Source: Mizuhopecten yessoensis (lineage: Eukaryota). From it: DNA of 64,000 nucleotides. The stretch is taken from assembly GCF_002113885.1 (NCBI RefSeq), contig NW_018406103.1:809671-873670 (forward strand). The letters run 5' to 3'. The notes under the pieces are model-generated. The model was not told the origin of the DNA and made no database searches. It saw only the letters and a list, made by a program, of their open reading frames with translations. Both the position numbers and the translations under genes were made by a program. Position 1 is the first letter of the stretch, and every line of letters starts with the position of its first letter. This document shows, one piece after another, positions 51,456 to 64,000 of the stretch.

Positions 51456-52048
51456 TTATAGGTGACCTCTTTTGTTAGTAGTTCTTGAAAAAAAATAGCC
51501 AAAATAATAAATTTTGATATTTTTGATTTTCATAAAAAAAACAATATAACACATTTTAAATTTCATGATAAAAAAACTGGCGACCAAAATGAGGAGCTGG
51601 CTCCTCATGAAAACAAAATGTCGTCCAAAATGAGGAGCTGGGTTGACACGTGTCACAAAAATGGGGAGCTGGCTCCTCATTAGCTCCACATATGAGAAGA
51701 CGGCTCCTCATTAGATCCACATATGAGAAGCCCGCTCCTCATTAGATCCACATATGAGAAGCTGGCTCCTCATCAGCTCCACATATGAGAAGCCGGCTCC
51801 TCATGAGCTCCACATATGAGAAGCCGGCTCCTTATTAGCTCCACATATGAGAAGCTGGCTCCTCATTACCTCCACATATGAGAAGCTGGCTCCTCGTTAG
51901 CTCCACATATGAGAAGCCGGCGCCGCATTCTCTCCACATATGGGAAGCGGGCTCCTCATTAGCTCCACATATGAGAAGCCGGCTCCTCATTAGCTCCACA
52001 TATGAGAAGCTGGCTCCTCAAAAAGTGGCCCGAAGGCTACACCTATAA
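51456..52048. mobile_element. Putative non-autonomous DNA transposon carrying an internal satellite
   Basis: Bounded by TTATAGGTG ... CACCTATAA (9-bp inverted repeat) enclosing the 31-bp array. Confidence 0.45.
51665..52020. repeat. 31-bp minisatellite, ~11 copies
   Basis: ATTAGCTCCACATATGAGAAGCTGGCTCCTC at 51679, 51710 and onward. Confidence 0.95.
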
Positions 52049-52224
52049 CTACTTTATGCTGTGTATCATAAAGTTCTATTCGCCATGTAAATAAAATAAA
52101 AATCGGAATGTGGATTTATCGTTCAAATAAGTTTGTGCACCTATTCCAACACAATCGATACCTAGTTGACATGTTTTGCCTCCGTATATTAATAGATTAA
52201 TATTCTATTTACTTTTGTCGTGGA

Positions 52225-55200
52225 GCCTTCTTTTTCATTCTTTTTGTTTCTTTTTCTTTCAGTTCTTGTCTTTTACTGTCAAATAAATGACCTTCGTGTG
52301 TGTTTGCGTGTCCACCCTCGGGTGTATAAATGACCTTCGTATGTGTTTGCGTGTCGACCCTCGGTGCATAAATGACCTTCGTGTGTGATTGCGTGTCGAC
52401 CCTAAGGTGTATCAATGTTTCTGTTTACTTTCAAACCTGAGTAAAGACTTTCACAATTTCTAATGTTTTTGCTAAATCAATATACTCGGAAAAATGTATG
52501 ATTGTGCAAGACTAAGGTGTAAATGAATATCCTAACATATCTTATATAAAGAAAACCTGTTATGTTGTGCTATTTGAATAAAGACATCGAAATGTCTTTG
52601 CTAGAAATATACTCGCGAAAATATGTGATTATGCAGAAAAAACAATAATGTCGATATTGAACACGGCAAACTTGTAATATTGGGCAATGTATGGAAAGGC
52701 ATTGTCATGAATTTGCTAAAATTATACTCACAAAAATATGATTTTGCAACAAAACAATGTTGTTAATTTGGAAAACAGACGAATCCCTTCCTCTATCTAA
52801 TAAGAAAGCTTTTAATTATTTGGCAATTTGGATGAACACATCGCAATGTATTCTTCAAAATCATACACACAAAAGTATAATTTTGCAGCAAAACAGCGCG
52901 GTAAATATCGAAAACAGACGAATCCCTTACTTTATCTAAAAACAAAAAAATAACAGTGGGTCATTTGAATAAATATATCGTAATGTTTTCGCTAAAATTA
53001 AACTTAAACTATTATTATGCAGCAAAACAATCCTGTCGATTACTCATTTGAAAAGAAAACTTGTAAAATTGGGTCATCTGTATCAAGACGGAGTGGCTAT
53101 GTAGTGATGCCTTTGTTAGATTCGTCATTATAAAAAGAAATATCGAGTTACATCAGACATTTTATCACACTGACACCTTTCTCTGCTCCTAAACAAGCTA
53201 TTTAGGTCATGTGTCGTTGATGAAATAAGAATCGTCAGGGTTGAGATATTTAAAGATTTATTTTGAGGTATATTGTTCAAAACTATGAAACTTTTTCTGG
53301 CGTCGTTACTCAACCTGTTATATACACTGAAAATGGATCTAACTTCAACAGAACTATGACCTAGAAATCGACCCAGGGAAACCTAGGTTAGGCAGATATG
53401 CAAATTATTGTATTTTGATAACATCTTTTTACTTTCAAAACCCACCTCTTCACGTCTGCATTTCAGAATCTTTGCAAAGACGTCATGTAAATACCACCCT
53501 TTTATTTGTTCAATTATGTGCACATTGCTTGCTTAAATGAATAGACCATTACTATTATCCATTTGTTGTAAAGCGCTTTAGAGTAATTTTACAAATTTTA
53601 TAGGGCGCTATATAAATGTTGTGTATTATTATTTATTTGTCGAATGAAATCGTTCCTATCCCACCGCTATATGCGTTGTTTAACTACTGAGCTGTATGGG
53701 GGTTCAGAATACCATTGTTTGTTTCGGTGAACTTGAATGTCCTATTTTTCTTTAACAATGTATATTTTAAAATAAAAACAAAAAACAAAACAAAAACAGT
53801 AAGTAAGTAAAGTTGAAATAAGAAATATTTCAAGAAACGAGGTGTTCGAAAAAAAAGTCATCTTTAATTCGCACAGAACAAGAACGGAAAACTTTATCAA
53901 AACAGTGACATTGGGTTCTGCACCATATGTGCTATCCTTGAAATCCAAGAGATTACTAGCAATACATGTATGTCTACCCTGCTCAAAATCGAGGGCTCGG
54001 TGTTAGCTATTTGACTGGTTTCTGGTATAAACAAATGACCAACTGCAGGACTGCTACCTGTCATTTGGATGATCACAGAAGAGAAACACACAACTTCAAA
54101 GCCTTCTTTTTTTATTCTTTTTTTATTCTTTTTTTTCAGTTCTTGTCTTTTACTGTCAAATAAATGACCTTCGTGTGTGTTTGCGTGTCAACCCTCGGGT
54201 GTATAAATGACCTTCGTGTGTGCTTTCGTGTCGACCTTCTGGTGTATAAATGACCTTGGTGTATGTTTGCGTGTCGACCCTAGGGTGTATAAATGTTTTT
54301 GTTTACTTTCAAACCTGAGTAACGACTTTCACAATTTCTAATGTTTTTAGCTTAATTAATATACTCGGAAAATGTATGATTGTGCAAGACTAAGGTGTAA
54401 GCGAATATCCTAACATATCTTATATATAGAAAACTTGTTATATTTGCTATTTGAATAAAGGCATCGAAATGTCTTTGCTAGAAATATACTCGCGAAAATA
54501 TGTGATTATGCAGAAAAAACAATAATGTCGATATTGAACACGGCAAATACCTTACTCTGTTAAGTAGGAAAACTTGTAATATTGGGCAATGTATGGAAAG
54601 GCATTGTCATGAATTTGCTAAATTATACTCACAAAAATATGATTTTGCAACAGAACAATGTTGTTAATTTGGAAAACAGGCGAATCCCTTCCTCTTTCTA
54701 AAAAGAAAGCTTTTAATTATTTGGCAATTTGGATGAACACATCGCAATGGTTTCGCCAAAATCATACACACAAAAGTATAATTTTGCAGCAAAACAGCGC
54801 GGTAAATATCGAAAACAGACGAATCCCTTACTTTATCTAAAAACAACAAATAATATTGAGTCATTTGAATAAATACATCGTCATATTTTCGCTAAAATTA
54901 AACTGAAACTATTATTATGCAGCAAAACAATCCTGTCGATTACTCATTTGAAAAGAAAACTTGTAAAATTGGGTCATCTGTATCAAGACGGAGTGGCTAT
55001 GTAGTGATGCCTTTGTTAGATTCGTCATTATAAAAAGAACTATCGAGTTAAATCAGATATGTTATCACACTGACCCCTCTCTCGGTGCCTAAACAAGCTA
55101 TTTATACCAATGCGTCTGTCAATAAGCTCGACAAGGTCATGTGTCGAAATTGATGAAATAAGAATCGTCATGGTTGAGATATTTTGAAAGATTTATTTTG

Positions 55201-55748
55201 AGGTATATTGTTCAAAAATATGAGACGTTTTCTCGCGTCGTTACTCAACCTGTTATATACACTGTAAATGGACCTAACTTCAACAGAATTGTGACCTAAA
55301 AATCGACCCAGGGAAAACTAGGTTAGGCAGATTTGCAAATTGTTGTATTTTGATAACATCTTTCTACTTTCAAAACTCACCTCTTCACGTCCGCATTTCA
55401 GAATCTTTGCAAAGACGTCATGTAAATACCACCCTTTTATTTGTTCAATTATGTGCACATTGCTTGCTCAAATGTATAAAAGTGATTGTAAGCCTTTGTT
55501 TTTTGTTTTCCCAATAATAACCATTACTATTATCCATATGTTGTAAAGCGCTTTAGAGTAACTTTCTTCACCATATGTACTATCCTTGAAATCCAAGAGA
55601 TTACTAGTAATACATGTATGTCTTCCCTGCTCAAAATCGAGGGCTCGGTGTTAGCTATTTGACTGGTTTCTGGTATAAAAAAATGACCAACTGCAAAACT
55701 GCTACCTATCTTTTGGATGATCACAGAAGAGAAACACACAACTTCAAC
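52225..55748 (+). repeat. Direct tandem duplication: copy 1 52225-54099, copy 2 54100-55748
   Basis: Both copies start GCCTTCTTTTT...CAGTTCTTGTCTTTTACTGTCAAAT, contain three ~43-bp units, and end GAGAAACACACAACTTCAA; duplicated ORFs at 52757/54658 and 53897/55530. Confidence 0.93.
53565..53635 (+). mobile_element. L2-type LINE/SINE 3' tail
   Basis: TGTAAAGCGCTTTAGAG...GGCGCTATATAAATGTTGTG(TAT)n. Confidence 0.7.
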
Positions 55749-55811
55749 AACTGATCTGCACCACAAATAATTCAGACTAGTCTATATACATATATAGCTA
55801 CTGTTGTCATA

Positions 55812-56026
55812 TGCCGCGGTTTTCGAGTGGTTATGGCGACTGACCGTCCACAATCACATGCGCGCCGCCACTGAATTTCGGGTTCGAGGCCTAAGTGGTG
55901 CAATCGCCAGGTACCCACCGCAGGTCGGGTTTTTTTCTTCAGGTACTCCGGCTTTCCTCCAACACCGAAACCTGTCACGTCTTTAAATGACAATAGCTGT
56001 TAATAGGCCCTATATCAAAACCAACC
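55812..56026 (+). mobile_element. tRNA-derived V-domain SINE (family B)
   Basis: GCCGCGGT..CGAGTGGTTA head, GGGTTCGAGGCC, GGTACTCCGGCTTTCCTCCA, tail TTAAATGAC..TAGCTGTTAATAGG. Confidence 0.8.
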
Positions 56027-56074
56027 CATGTATCCGTAAGATTTCGCGTAAAGAGGTTTCATTGTGGCATGCAA

Positions 56075-56205
56075 AAGGTTTGATAGTGTCATGACATAGG
56101 TTTGATAGTGTCATCGCATAGGTTTGATAGTGTCTTGAAATAGGTTTGATAGTGTCATGACATATGTTTGACAGCTGATGACAATAATTTGATAGTGCCA
56201 TGACA
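56075..56205. repeat. 22-bp minisatellite, ~6 copies
   Basis: ATAGGTTTGATAGTGTCATGAC unit. Confidence 0.85.
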
Positions 56206-59200
56206 TATTCCGGGGTTACAAGTTAAGATATTTTTGTATATCTAGAATTTCGATGATGCATGTGTCATTAAGTGCCGAAACATCGATACAAGGGCACAGG
56301 ACGATAGGTAAAAGTAGCTTGATTAAAATGTAACGCTGTTCGAAGACGTCGTGTCGAAGTGATGTTTAATCAAATAGAAACTGGAGTTGAAGCTGATGAT
56401 ACAAATTGACAGAAACACATTTATGTCAACTTATAATAAAAGTGACGTCTGATATCATTAAAGCTGTACTTAGTTAACGTTTAGTGTATATACGATTTTT
56501 TTGCTAAAGGTTCAGTGACATATATGGAATGTTAAGTGTGTATCCATTTCGGATTAGATTGATGAAACTGGTTTAGAAGGCCACATTTTACCGACCGTTT
56601 TGTGAATTATTAATGACTATTTTACCATAAATTAACTGATTCAAAACCATCCAAGCACATATACTGTATATAGATCAAAATAAAGGTGAAATATCTAGGA
56701 CATCATCAGATTTTCGATTTTGCCATTTTAAAACCCTATGACGTAATATCAAGAATTGTTATTATATGTCACAATTAAATCAAGCAAAATAATAATTTCC
56801 AAAGAAATTCAGTTACATATTTTTTTACATAACATGTAATTAGGAGTTATTTTGCTGTTTTTTTGCCCGTTTACTTCCTGGTTTTCTGCTGTTCGAACTT
56901 GCTCAATTAGCGTGTTAACACATTATAATTAGTTTTGACCCAAACTGTGAGCGTTTGACGTGGATTGGACAGGGAAGTGGGTAAGCAACCAACTATATCT
57001 TAAATATTGTATGGCGGTCTCCAAGTTTTATAGTATAAATACGATCATTATCCAATACATTTCTTATATATTATACATGGGTCTCATAAGTAATAACGAC
57101 TGTATGGTCCAATTTGGGCACATGATCCGAACAAACAAATGTATGTTGGATTCTTGTTATATAAATGGATATATAAGCAAACAAGTAGTATCGTCAGTTT
57201 AGACAAAGTTTGTCAAATCTTCAAGGTCATCTGCCACTTTGTCGAGACATGAACTTAAACAATTACATATCACAATCACAATATTTGTTTTATATAGCAC
57301 AAAGATAAACAGTCACTATGAAACAATACTTCATCCCAAAATACACAATAAACACAGTTATTACTGAAATAAGATACTGATGATAACGCATGCTATCCTA
57401 TAGAGTTTCAAGAAATATTACGAAACACCGAAGACTAAACGATGCTGGTATTTTCTCCCATCTTGGGGTTCCTTGGACGATTTTCTACGATCACATGGAT
57501 GTTTAACGATTTTTACCATTATATATATATACATTTAAATCTGTATTAAGAGGCCACCCAAGGGTCCGGCAGAAACTTGCCGCTTAAGACAGGTGGCTGC
57601 ATAAACTGGCCAGGCTCATCCGAAAATCACAACGAATTTTGTATACATCCACGGGTTATAGTGACATTTTCCCGGCAATATAGGCTGCTATGTTATTTTG
57701 AATGTTTTTCCCTTCATCAACAGGTGTACGATTTCATACTTGAATATAAATGCAAAATCAATACAAAGGCGTTTTGGTGATAAATTTCTTGAAATGATGA
57801 ATTTATTTTTGTTTGGCTAAACACGTGTTCCACATACGTTTTGCGCTAGCAGACAACCATGCACAGTACTGAAACCTACATGTAGATCTACTTTTAATGA
57901 AAATCTGCATTGCGATGTATTCTGACCTATGTGGTTCAAATAATTTTCTAATGAAATGATATATCAGTATTTAGTTAATTCATCACTTATAAATAAATAA
58001 CTCAATACATCTAGAACTTTGCAAGAATCTTTGAGCTTTCAACTTAGCGTAACGGTTTATCCACTGCACCCGTGCGCCGTATGTAAAGGTTAACACTAAT
58101 GCCCTGATCTCGCAAAGCTATTACAAACCAAATGAATCAATATTATAGAAATAAATCACGACAAAGTAATGAAAAAAATGGTGTGTGCTTCGTTGATATA
58201 AAAATAGTGACTGGCAGACCGGAAGCAGATCTGTTTTCCGCATGCAATATAGCGGCAAGTTTTCTTATCACATAACATATTAGGCCTGATTAGTTTTGCT
58301 TACAGTATGTACAGATACCACAATAGATCATACTTTTTTTGAAAATCACAAGCTGATTGAGTACACAAGGTGGAATTAATTGTTTTGTTTGTAAAACATT
58401 GTTGATGGGTCTGTAGGACCTGCCCCAATGTGCAAGCTGAAAATCGCTGTGTAAATAACTCTTACCTATGGTTTTTAATTACACATTGTAATTAGCTTTG
58501 CTCTATCGAGATGTGTTCTCAAGAATTTTCTGTGTCTCGATAAAAGAGCAGATAAAATTGGTCTCCGGCAATTTGACAACCTCATGTTGTGTCTCGATAA
58601 AGGAGCAGATCGGTCTCCAGCAATTTGACAACCTCGTGGTGTTTACACTGTTATAATTACTTCGTCGCCCTATATATATATAATATATTCCAGGTAAACT
58701 CTAGGATAACATATACAAAACAATATGTAACTTTCTTATCCAGACACAAACATTTACATAGCATCGCAATTCAAATTCATCTCTGCATTAAACCGAATCC
58801 GGCCGTAAAGATAATTGGTATTCAAATTTAGCTATTATACAAAAACAAATCATTGATGCTTGTACTTCTTATCACAATCCGTAAAAGGTAAATCATTCGA
58901 ATTAGGATGCTCATACGTTGCTGGCGATAATCACCTGTAATCAGTCTGCCAATTGTATCAGGTACAAAAGATCAATGCTGCTATTACTAAATAAACATGT
59001 ATATCTGAAAGTGTTTAGACCAATGGTTTGTTTGATGTTTCAAGACGAAATAATCGTTAGATTTACCTGTCCCTTTAATATTATATTTCACTGGCCTATC
59101 TTTGTGCTATATTTAAATATGCACCTCTCTTATATATAACTACCTTTCAAAGACTACACACCTATGCATTAAGAGAGTGAGTAAACTCCGAGGATTGCAA

Positions 59201-59339
59201 GGTGCACACAAAATCATTGACCTGTTTTATGGAAAATGTCTTGTCATTGTAATATGAGGTGTCTGGTTAGGTCTAAAACATTCCCCCCGAGTACTGTGCA
59301 ATTTTAAAGGAATCTGTCAGCCGAATCCTAAACCATACA

Positions 59340-59593
59340 CACAGCAGGCCGATTGGCGATGGTATAGCAGGTATACCCGTAATTATATGGGTGGCCTACC
59401 CACAGGGTATATCGACGGCTCAGTATCCGGCTGGGGCGCATTTAAAAACACGCCGCTAACAGAGCCGACTGGATGTGTTCAGTAGTGTTCTACTTTCCCA
59501 GCCTGCGGACAATTTCGGAGTTTCTTATTTTATACACATGATCCTTTAACAGGGTCAGTGATAATATAACAAGGAATACATTTCACTCAGGAG
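59340..59593 (+). promoter_or_regulatory. Candidate promoter and first exon
   Basis: Local GC/CpG rise, GATTGG box at ~59351, CATTTAAAA at ~59438, TCAGT initiator-like motif at ~59479, donor GAG|GTAGGT at 59593/59594. Confidence 0.3.
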
Positions 59594-60149
59594 GTAGGTA
59601 ATTTTGTAAATATATTCTCTATCTTATTTCTCATTATATACACCATCGTGTAATTTTCACTGGAGAGTGTACGTATTGAAACCTAAATATATTGATTACA
59701 GGACTTTTTATCGAAAACGTGTTTCCTTTCATTGAAAAGTAGTAAGATTACTCACATGATATGACAGTGTATATACCTGTATTTAGCAGGACTTTAATAA
59801 TCGTTAATGTAAATAGACACAGTTTTTTTTCCCGTGTAGTTATTTAGCAAATCTGTAAGGTAGATGTGTATATGACTAACACATGTTACATGTACAAAGT
59901 ATAGGAACATCCTCTTTCAGTTGCCTTCCTGAATATGTATAAATTTAAAAATAAAATGTATCGTTTGCTTTAATTTATCTTAACATTACCAAATACCCTA
60001 ATAGCTTACTGCAACAAATTTACTTACTTACTCCTAGAAGGTCGACACTGCTTTATGGTGCAGTGCACATTTTTTTGGCATACTGTATTATTACAAAATG
60101 TTAGGTACATCACTTGTGTGTGTAGCGTTCATCTTTCTCATAATAACAG

Positions 60150-63100
60150 AAAAGTACTCTCACATAGTAACATACTCTCCCATAATAACTAACTGACACA
60201 AAGTAACGTCCTGTCACAAAGTAACTCGTCCTCAAACAGAAACTTACTGTCATAAAGTAACGTCCTGTGACAAAGTAACTCGTCCTCAAACAGAAACTGA
60301 CTGTCATAAAGTGACTCGCTGTCAAATTACAACTAACTGTCATAAAGAAATGTCCTGTCACAAAGTAACGTCCTGTCACAAAGTAAAGTCCTGTCACAAA
60401 ATAACTCGTTCTCAAACAGAAACTTACTGTCATAAAGTAACGTCCTGTGACAAAGTAACTCGTCCTCAAACAGAAACTGACTGTCATAAAGTGACTCGCT
60501 GTCACATTGAAACTTACTGTCATAAAGTAACGTTCTGTCACAAAGTAACGTCCTGTCACAAAGTAACTTGTTCTCAAACAGAAACTGACTGTCATAAAGT
60601 GACTCGCTGTCAAATTACAACTAACTGTCATAAAGAAATGTCCTGTCACAAAGTAACGTCCTGTCCCAAAGTAACGTCCTGTCACAAAGTAACTCGTTCT
60701 CAAACAGAAACTTACTGTCATAAAGTAATGTCCTGTCACAAAGTAACGTCCTGTCACAAAGTAACTCGTCCTCAACCAGAAACTTACTGTCACAAAGTAA
60801 CGTCCTGTCATAAAGTAACGTCCTGTCACAAAGTAACTCGTCCTCAACCAGAAACTTACTGTCACAAAGTAACGTCCTGTCACAAAGTAACTCGTCCTCA
60901 AACAGAAACTAACTGTCATAAAGTGACTCGCTGTCACATTACAACTAATTGTCATAAAGTAACGTCCTGTCATAAAGTAACGTCCTGTCACAAAGTAACT
61001 CGTCCTCAAACAGAAACTAACTGTCATAAAGTGACTCGCTGTCACATTGAAACTAACTGTCATAAAGTAACGTCCTGTCACAAAGTAACTCGTCCTCAAC
61101 CAGAAACTTACTGTCACAAAGTAACGTCCTGTCATAAAGTAACGTCCTGTCACAAAGTAACTCGTTCTCAAACAGAAACTGACTGTTAGAAAGTGACTCG
61201 CTGTCACATTGAAACTTACTGTCATAAAGTAACGTCCTGTCACAAAGTAACGTCCTGTCACAAAGTAAAGTCCTGTCACAAAATAACTCGTTCTCAAACA
61301 GAAACCTAATATCATAACGTGACTCGCTGTCACATTGAAACTAACTGTCATAAAGTAACGTCCTGTAACAAAGTAACGTACTGTCACAAAGTAACTCGTT
61401 CTCAAACAGAAACTGACTGTTAGAAAGTGACTCGCTGTCACATTGAAACTTACTGTCATAAAGTAACGTCCTGTCACAAAGTAACTCGTCCTCAAACAGA
61501 AACTAACTGTCATAAAGTGACTCGCTGTCACATTGAAACTAACTGTCATAAAGTAACGTCCTGTAACAAAGTAACGTACTGTCACAAAGTAACTCGTTCT
61601 CAAACAGAAACTGACTGTTAGAAAGTGACTCGCTGTCACATTGAAACTAACTGTCATAAAGTAACGTCCTGTAACAAAGTAACGTACTGTCACAAAGTAA
61701 CTCGTTCTCAAACAGAAACTGACTGTTAGAAAGTGACTCGCTGTCACATTGAAACTTACTGTCATAAAGTAACGTTCTGTCACAAAGTAACGTCCTGTCA
61801 CAAAGTAACTTGTTCTCAAACAGAAACTGACTGTCATAAAGTGACTCGCTGTCACATTGAAACTTACTGTCATAAAGTAAGGTCCTATCACAGAGTAACG
61901 TCCTGTCACAAAATAACTCGTTCTCAAACAGAAACCTAATATCATAACGTGACTCGCTGTCACATTGAAACTAACTGTCATAAAGTGACTCGCTGTCACA
62001 TTGAAACTTACTGTCATAAAGTAAGGTCCTATCACAGAGTAACGTCCTGTCACAAAATAACTCGTTCTCAAACAGAAACCTAATATCATAACGTGACTCG
62101 CTGTCACATTGAAACTAACTGTCATAAAGTAACGTCCTGTAACAAAGTAACGTACTGTCACAAAGTAACTCGTTCTCAAACAGAAACTTACTGTCATAAA
62201 GTGACTCGCTGTCACATTGAAACTTACTGTCACAAAGTAACGTCCTGTCACAAAGTAACTCGTTCTCAAACAGAAACTTACTGTCACAAAGTAACGTCCT
62301 GTCACATTGAAACTTACTGTCATAAAGAAACGTCCTGTCACAAAGTAACGTCCTGTCACAAAGTAACGTCCTGTCACAAATTAGCTCGTTCTCAAACAGA
62401 AACTTACTGTCATAAAGTAACGTCCTGTCACAAAGTAACGTCCTGTCACAAAGTAACGTCCTGTCACAAAATAACTCGTTCTCAAACAGAAACTTACTGT
62501 CATAAAGTAACGTCCTGTCACAAAGTAACGTCCTGTCACAAAGTAACGTCCTGTCACAAAATAACTCGTTCTCAAACAGAAACTTACTGTCATAAAGTAA
62601 CGTCCTGTCACAAAGTAACGTCCTGTCACAAAGTAACGTCCTGTCACAAAATAACTCGTTCTCAAACAGAAACTTACTGTCATAAAGTAACGTCCTGTCA
62701 CAAAGTAACGTCCTGTCACAAAGTAACGTCCTGTCACAAAATAACTCGTTCTCAAACAGAAACTTACTGTCATAAAGTAACGTCCTGTCACAAAGTAACG
62801 TCCTGTCACAAAGTAACGTCCTGTCACAAAATAACTCGTTCTCAAACAGAAACTTACTGTCATAAAGTAACGTCCTGTCACAAAGTAACGTCCTGTCACA
62901 AAGTAACGTCCTGTCACAAAATAACTCGTTCTCAAACAGAAACTTACTGTCATAAAGTAACGTCCTGTCACAAAGTAACGTCCTGTCACAAAGTAACGTC
63001 CTGTCACAAAATAACTCGTTCTCAAACAGAAACTTACTGTCATAAAGTAACGTCCTGTCACAAAGTAACGTCCTGTCACAAAGTAACGTCCTGTCACAAA

Positions 63101-64000
63101 ATAACTCGTTCTCAAACAGAAACTTACTGTCATAAAGTAACGTCCTGTCACAAAGTAACGTCCTGTCACAAAGTAACGTCCTGTCACAAAATAACTCGTT
63201 CTCAAACAGAAACTTACTGTCATAAAGTAACGTCCTGTCACAAAGTAACGTCCTGTCACAAAGTAACGTCCTGTCACAAAATAACTCGTTCTCAAACAGA
63301 AACTTACTGTCATAAAGTAACGTCCTGTCACAAAGTAACGTCCTGTCACAAAGTAACGTCCTGTCACAAAATAACTCGTTCTCAAACAGAAACTTACTGT
63401 CATAAAGTAACGTCCTGTCACAAAGTAACGTCCTGTCACAAAGTAACGTCCTGTCACAAAATAACTCGTTCTCAAACAGAAACTTACTGTCATAAAGTAA
63501 CGTCCTGTCACAAAGTAACGTCCTGTCACAAAGTAACGTCCTGTCACAAAATAACTCGTTCTCAAACAGAAACTTACTGTCATAAAGTAACGTCCTGTCA
63601 CAAAGTAACGTCCTGTCACAAAGTAACTCGTTCTCAAACAGAAACTAACTCATAACGTGACTCGCTGTCACATTGAAACTTACTGTCATAAAATAACTTC
63701 CTGTCATAAAGTAACGTCCTGTCACAAAGTAACTCGTTCTCAAACAGAAACTAACTGTCATAACTTGACTCGCTGTCACATTATAACTTACTGTCATAAA
63801 GTAACGTCCTGTCACAAAGTAACGTCCTGTCACAAAATAACTCGTTCTCAAACAGAAACTGACCTCATAAAGTGACTCGCTGTCACATTGAAACATACTG
63901 TCATAAAGTAACGTCCTGTCACAAAGTAACGTCCTGTCAAAAAGTAACTCGTTTTCAGATAGAAACTTGCTGTCATGAAGTCACGTCCTGTCACAAAATA
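60150..64000. repeat. 18-bp composite satellite (more than 200 monomers) with a 90-bp higher-order block; runs off the right edge
   Basis: Monomers such as CACAAAGTAACGTCCTGT, CACAAAGTAACTCGTTCT, CAAACAGAAACTTACTGT, CATAAAGTGACTCGCTGT and CACATTGAAACTTACTGT. Confidence 0.97.

Noticed and set aside
56245-56295. Third hammerhead-like motif (TCGATGA...GCCGAAACATCG)
   Set aside because: Core mismatched and no convincing stem I or cleavage triplet.

Overview
AT-rich eukaryotic, repeat-dominated DNA, most likely a bivalve mollusc (inferred from V-, Meta- and CORE-type SINEs, RTEX-like LINEs and retrozyme-like repeats). I cannot identify any host protein-coding gene. The only convincing coding sequences are two young, 5'-truncated non-LTR retrotransposons on the minus strand: an APE endonuclease plus linker copy (38271-39776, cut by an assembly N) and an RT copy with an intact 3' end (40998-43812). 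They sit in opposite arms of a ~10 kb diverged inverted duplication (about 36.8-46.9 kb, spacer 40471-40942), so each arm shows the pre-insertion state of the other. The window opens in a 44-bp satellite and ends in an 18-bp satellite with a 90-bp higher-order unit. It also holds several smaller tandem arrays, a ~1.9 kb tandem duplication, many SINEs and MITEs, and two degenerate hammerhead-ribozyme (retrozyme-like) repeats. The octamer TACATGTA is in clear excess and behaves like a Tc1/mariner excision footprint. A few strong splice sites may belong to 5' exons of a large gene. All alignments, counts and identities were made by eye; nothing was checked against a database.
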